DNA of 60,214 nucleotides from Conidiobolus incongruus B7586 (Eukaryota): NCBI GenBank assembly GCA_000697335.1, contig JNEM01006374.1, positions 1 to 60,214 of the forward strand, read 5' to 3'. Shown piece by piece: positions 55,117 to 60,214 of this stretch (position 1 is its first letter; each line of letters starts with the position of its first letter). The notes under the pieces were generated by a model. It saw only the letters and a program-made list of their open reading frames with translations, ran no database searches and was not told where the DNA came from. The position numbers and the translations under genes were made by a program.

Positions 55117-55362
55117 ATGAAATTGTCTTTAATTACTTTTGTCTTTGCTACTTTCGCCACTGCTAGCCCTCTAATCATTGCTAATGGTGCCCATGCCGCT
55201 CCTGAAGAAGTCTTACCAACTGATTTTTTGAGTGATGACAGCTTTGAAGGCTTTAAAACCTGGGAACAAGCTTATTACGCATATAAGAAGTCTTGTGAAA
55301 CTAGATGCAATTATGGTTTGTTACGTGCTTTGGTATACGGTGTTAGAGATGGCTTGCTTTAA
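55117..55362 (+). CDS. Small secreted protein of unknown function, copy 1 (81 aa)
   Basis: Clear signal peptide MKLSLITFVFATFATA|SP, gene-like GC content and codon usage, TATAAATA ~70 nt upstream, and a duplicate at 57424. Confidence 0.85.
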   Translation: MKLSLITFVFATFATASPLIIANGAHAAPEEVLPTDFLSDDSFEGFKTWEQAYYAYKKSCETRCNYGLLRALVYGVRDGLL

Positions 55363-56029
55363 TTTATATTATTAGAGTATAATTTATTAATAAATTTATT
55401 CAATTTTAATAGATATTATGTTTCAACTATTAGCCGTTATTAATCAAGAACTTTATATCTATGATTACTTATGAATTTATTGAAAACTAATTCAATTTTT
55501 ATAAGATATCCTCTTACAGAGATATCATAGTAGCTGACATTGATTAGCATATATATTTGATTAGGACAATTCCATATGGGTGAGTCCACAATATCATGGA
55601 AAATATCAACACTTTGATTAAATATTTCAAGTGATAAAATACTAAGTTTGGTATAAAATTATTTTGTTACAATTTTTGAATGCTATCAACGACTTGTACA
55701 ATGAACTCTGATGAGATTTGTATTTTATATAAATATCAATTTCTTTTTGTACTACGTTTTAAATTTTACCTCCTTGAGCGTCCATACACGTTAAAAATTT
55801 GGTACAAAATGCAGTTTTTTACTGAATGATTTATAATAATTTAAAATTTTAAATCATGGTTTATAAACTGAATGCATACGTTAGATTAGTTGACAACAAA
55901 GATATAAATATATAGTGTCGATTGGCATTATTTCACAAAATTTGGCTAAAATTATCCAAAATCGAATTAACATAAAATTTATAATCTAATATTTGATAAA
56001 CAATTGGTTCCTTTAAAATTTCAACCGCT

Positions 56030-56560
56030 TGATTTATTACAAGTGAAAAATTTTTACTGTTATCATATCATTGTGATGAGGAATAATCTCATCACTCACA
56101 CAAGAAACTACGACTACCACTGTGAATAGAGAACTCACATTGAAAGTCATTCATTTCATAAATTATTTAATTCCCTCACTTTCCGCTATTGAATTGTTCC
56201 TATCTATAAATATCAACAGTAATATCTAATACAACATTTTCATCGAATTATCTTCATTCCAAAAGAATCGCGTCTCTAAGCTCTCTCATGACCCTCACAA
56301 AAAGTATCAAATCATTAGAAGTGTTAGATATTTACTTTAATCAAAGAACAGATTTATAGTGAGCTATATTCACTTTGTTGAAACCCATTAATTTCCACTA
56401 ACTTATTAGTAATCTCTTGTTTACCACCGGCGATTCCCTGTTTAAGCGCTTAAAGTCTATTTTCTCTTACACTTACAATTGTCGATTTTAATTGAACTCG
56501 ATTTTTATGACATTTGCAATCTCAACTGATTTTCTAAAATTTGTTATTATATAGCACAAT
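56030..56560 (-). mobile_element. Possible highly degenerate Tc1-like fragment
   Basis: GC-richer patch. Minus-strand fragments (RKSVEIANVIK, TIVSVRE, YKSVL*, FDENVV) occur in an order reminiscent of the Tc1 HTH to first-D region. No complete motif. Confidence 0.3.
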
Positions 56561-57423
56561 TATAAATGATAAGAGATGTTATTCTTAAAATCTATTATAT
56601 TTTAAATATAAATTATAATTGAAAAAATTTTTTGATCTTTCAACCTTAAATATATCACATTCAAAAATATTTAACAATAATCACATATCCAAATTTAACA
56701 TGAGCTATCCTAATAACAATTTGATATAATAATAATTTAACAATTAAATAAATAATAAATAAATCAATTTTAAAATTAAAAACATATTTATAAGGTAAAA
56801 AAATAATTAATTGTTTTATTCATTCAAATATGAATAATATACCGATTTTACCTAATTATAAACCGCTAACAATTTTTTGCATATAAAATTAGATAAAATT
56901 TCAAAATCTATTAATATATATTTTATGATGAACATATATTAAATTAGAATTAATGATGACATCCAATCTAACATTTTTAAAGGTGAATATGATTAGATAT
57001 TCAAATTTATTAAAGAAAATTTAAAATATTATAGTAATTAATGATATATATATATATATATATATATCAAATAAGATATTCATCATAATTTTTTTATTGG
57101 AATTTTATTAATTTTTACTTTTAACTATTATAAACCAAAATAACTATCATTATTAAATCATTATAATAAATATAATTTTGTAAAGAAAATAAATATTGTT
57201 TTCAATATGGAGATTAAATTATATAAACATTTGAGGAAAAATTGCCGATCAAACTAACCTTATATTATTTAAATTTATAAAAACCTAAAAAATTTTAGTT
57301 TGTTGATATTTAATAGTCACAATTTTAGTTTATTACTATTTAATATAAATATTGAAAAATATTCTTTCAATTTTAATATTATCAATTATTAAATTATTAA
57401 TTATATAATCTTTATTTTTCAAA

Positions 57424-57657
57424 ATGAAATTGTCTTTAATTACTTTTGTCTTTGCTACTTTCGCCACTGCTAGCCCTCTAATCATTGCTAATGGTGCCCA
57501 TGCCGCTCCTGAAGAAGTCTTACCAACTGATTTTTTGAGTGATGACAGCTTTGAAGGCTTTAAAACCTGGGAACAAGCTTATTACGCATATAAGAAGTCT
57601 TGTGAAACTAGATGCAATTATGGTTTGTTACGTGCTTTGGTATACAGTTTAATTTAA
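57424..57657 (+). CDS. Small secreted protein of unknown function, copy 2 (77 aa)
   Basis: First 222 nt (74 codons) are identical to copy 1; ends SLI* instead of GVRDGLL*. Confidence 0.82.
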   Translation: MKLSLITFVFATFATASPLIIANGAHAAPEEVLPTDFLSDDSFEGFKTWEQAYYAYKKSCETRCNYGLLRALVYSLI

Positions 57658-57999
57658 TTAATTTAATATAATAATTTATTAATAAATTTATTATTTTTAA
57701 TATAATATTAAATATTACATTTTATTCCCAATATATAGAATATACTCTATAATACTCTCTATATTCATACTTTTAAAAACAATTTAAATCGAAATTATAT
57801 ATTATTATTTCCTTATTAATACATTACACCGTTAAATTTAGCTATTATTATCATCAAAATTATTAATTTTAATATTTAAATATTTAATTTCCAAAATTAA
57901 CTTTAGCAAAAAATTAATTTATTATTAAATTTTTTTAAATAATATAATTAAATCATGAATTATCAAAAAAAATTCAATATTGTTGTTCAAAATAATATT

Positions 58000-60057
58000 A
58001 TAATATTTTATAATTAATATAATCAGAATTTTTTGCAATTAAAAAAATAAACATTATAGCAAATAATATATAATATAAAATTAATATTTTCCTTTATTAT
58101 TATTGCAGAAATTAAGTAATGGCACAATTTTAAAATTAAAATTAAACAAATAAATTAATAAATAATATATCAAAGTTAATGAATAATATAAAATAGATAA
58201 CCTCCTTTATTATTAATAACTCTTTTCTATACCTTTGGTAAGCTTCTAATATCTAAAAAACAGTTCTTTTTATTAAGGATTGAAATTTGATATTTTATGA
58301 ACCAATTTAATTTATTTGCAAGAAATTTTTTTCTTGAAATCTATTTTATTAATTATCTAAAACAATTATAATCATATAGGTTATAATTAAGTGAATATAC
58401 TAGATATGGTAAATCCCTTTATTTTTTATATAAAAAATTTTTTATAGCTTTAACTTTATGTATTTTATAATTATTATTCTAAATAATAGGTGTTTTTAAT
58501 TTATATTAAAAATACCATTTAGAAATTATTTTATTTAAAAAGATAATATATAATTTAATATTAATTAATTTTCCTTAAAAATATTAAATCAAAAAACTAT
58601 ATACTATTATAATCTATTATAATAATTAACATTCATTTATATTCAAAATACTTATTTATTAGAATTTATAAAGGAGATTAATTTAACTTAACCTAACATT
58701 TTGTTTTATTTTTAAGTAAAGGATTATATAAAAGAACTTAAAATTGATTAATTATAAGTATTTACTATAAAAACCTTTATTTTTGGTTATATATTAATAA
58801 GATTAGTTTAGCTATAGCTATTTTAGTTTTTTTAAATATTTGTAAAATTATCAGGTATCTATTTTTTATTTTTATTAATTAATATAAGTTAAACTTAAAT
58901 AAATATGATATGTTTATATAATTAATATTAAATTATTTTGATAAATCTTTAACAGAAATAAAAATATATTTCTTAATATATTTTTTAATTTTATTGTTAA
59001 GTGAAAGAGTAAAAGTAGAAATTAATCTTTTGGATTTTGGTAAATTTTAAATAATATCCCTTCTAATTTTAAAATCACAAATCTAATGATATATGGTAGT
59101 TTTAGATAAAACACTATCTTTATAAGCTGTTTGTAAGTTTTAAATGATTTTAAAAGGTTTTATCTAATAAACTATATTTCTTTTTTTTCTTAATTTTTAT
59201 TATTTTTAATATTTTTTTAATATTTCTAAGATTTAAAATATATTTTATCAATATTATAATAGGTTGGTATTATTTGATATAAATCCTAATATATCAGTGA
59301 CTTATTTTAGTTTGAAGCTTAATTAAACTTTATTTACTTTTCTGTATTATATTACCATATTTTATGCCAGGTTATTTTTAAATTAAGTTTTTTTTTACAT
59401 TATATCAGTAATTTTACCTTTATACTTATATATAATAAATTCTTTTGAATTAAGTTATATTATGATAGTTTTTAATTAATAATAACTATTATAGCTTTTT
59501 GTTAAGTTTTAGTTGAATTGTAATCTATTTTTTTAATTAATAATATAAGTTTATATATTAATATATATAAATAATTATATCACTGATATTAAAAGATATT
59601 GATAATTTTCTAAATATATTAAAAAGATATTCATTGATATAATTTAAATATATTTAAAGTAAAAAAGATAATAAATAAAATTAGGTTATAAATTTTAACA
59701 AGTCTTTAATAATTTTTATTTTATCTTTAAATCAATTTATAAAAAATAAATAGTTAATTTAAATAACATTTTATTATTAAAAGCTATTTATAGATTTTAG
59801 TTAATTTTACAAGATTTATTATTAGATTTTATTAATATCAAAATAATAGACTTTTGATGATTATTATATAATTTAATAATAATTAATTTAATTGATAATT
59901 TTTAAAAAATTCATTATCTAATTAAAAATGCTATTATATATATATATATATAAATTTTATATTATTTTATTTTATATATACTATATTACTCAAAACTAAT
60001 CCTATATTTCAAAATTCAGAAATTAAAAAACTACCTATTTTTTTGAATTTAAAGTAT
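58000..60057 (-). mobile_element. Composite/nested degenerate mariner copies (same family as 51449-52752)
   Basis: 58190-59170 is collinear with 51540-52500 and reads KK*IPDNFT (compare WVPHEL), LPYLVYSLNYNLYDYNCF and DIRSLPKV*KRVINNKGGYLF. About 59470-60057 repeats the 52150-52752 segment and ends in a TIR-like sequence. Confidence 0.75.
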
Positions 60058-60214
60058 TAATTAAAAGATTTTAATAAATTTAATTAAAAATTTTTTTATA
60101 TAAATGAATAATTGAATTGAAAACCAATATTTTATTAACTTTGTAATTAGTAGTTATTAAGATACTAGAGTTTTATTTTCCTATCATAATTATATTATAT
60201 GATAAATATTGAAT

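Noticed and set aside
55333..55338. GTATAC as a possible splice donor where identity between the peptide copies ends
   Set aside because: No shared downstream exon exists in the two copies, and both frames close with a nearby stop followed by shared polyadenylation-like sequence.
1..60214. CRISPR arrays, rRNA/tRNA genes, prokaryotic operons or organellar origin
   Set aside because: No repeat-spacer periodicity or structured RNA signature was seen. Gene content (TRAPPC13, secreted proteases, LTRs) indicates eukaryotic nuclear DNA.

Overview
Extremely AT-rich eukaryotic DNA, most likely fungal. The proteinase K-type subtilisins, intronless genes and AT content are compatible with an early-diverging, Conidiobolus-like entomophthoralean fungus, but this is inference only. 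One conserved trafficking gene (TRAPPC13/Trs65-like, 2949-4223) borders a ~40 kb array of nine secreted S8A subtilisin paralogues: six intact and three pseudogenes at different stages of decay. The array shows clear gene-conversion mosaicism and varied substrate-pocket loops. Downstream lies a duplicated small secreted-peptide gene whose two copies share 222 identical coding bases but have diverged flanks. The spacers hold transposon relics that the ORF track misses: several DD34D mariner copies (one 1304 bp copy with TIRs and TA flanks, and a 553 bp deletion derivative), a DD34E Tc1 relic, and at least four solo LTRs with target-site duplications. The DNA-transposon relics are heavily degraded by C>T/G>A changes, often in CpA/TpG context.
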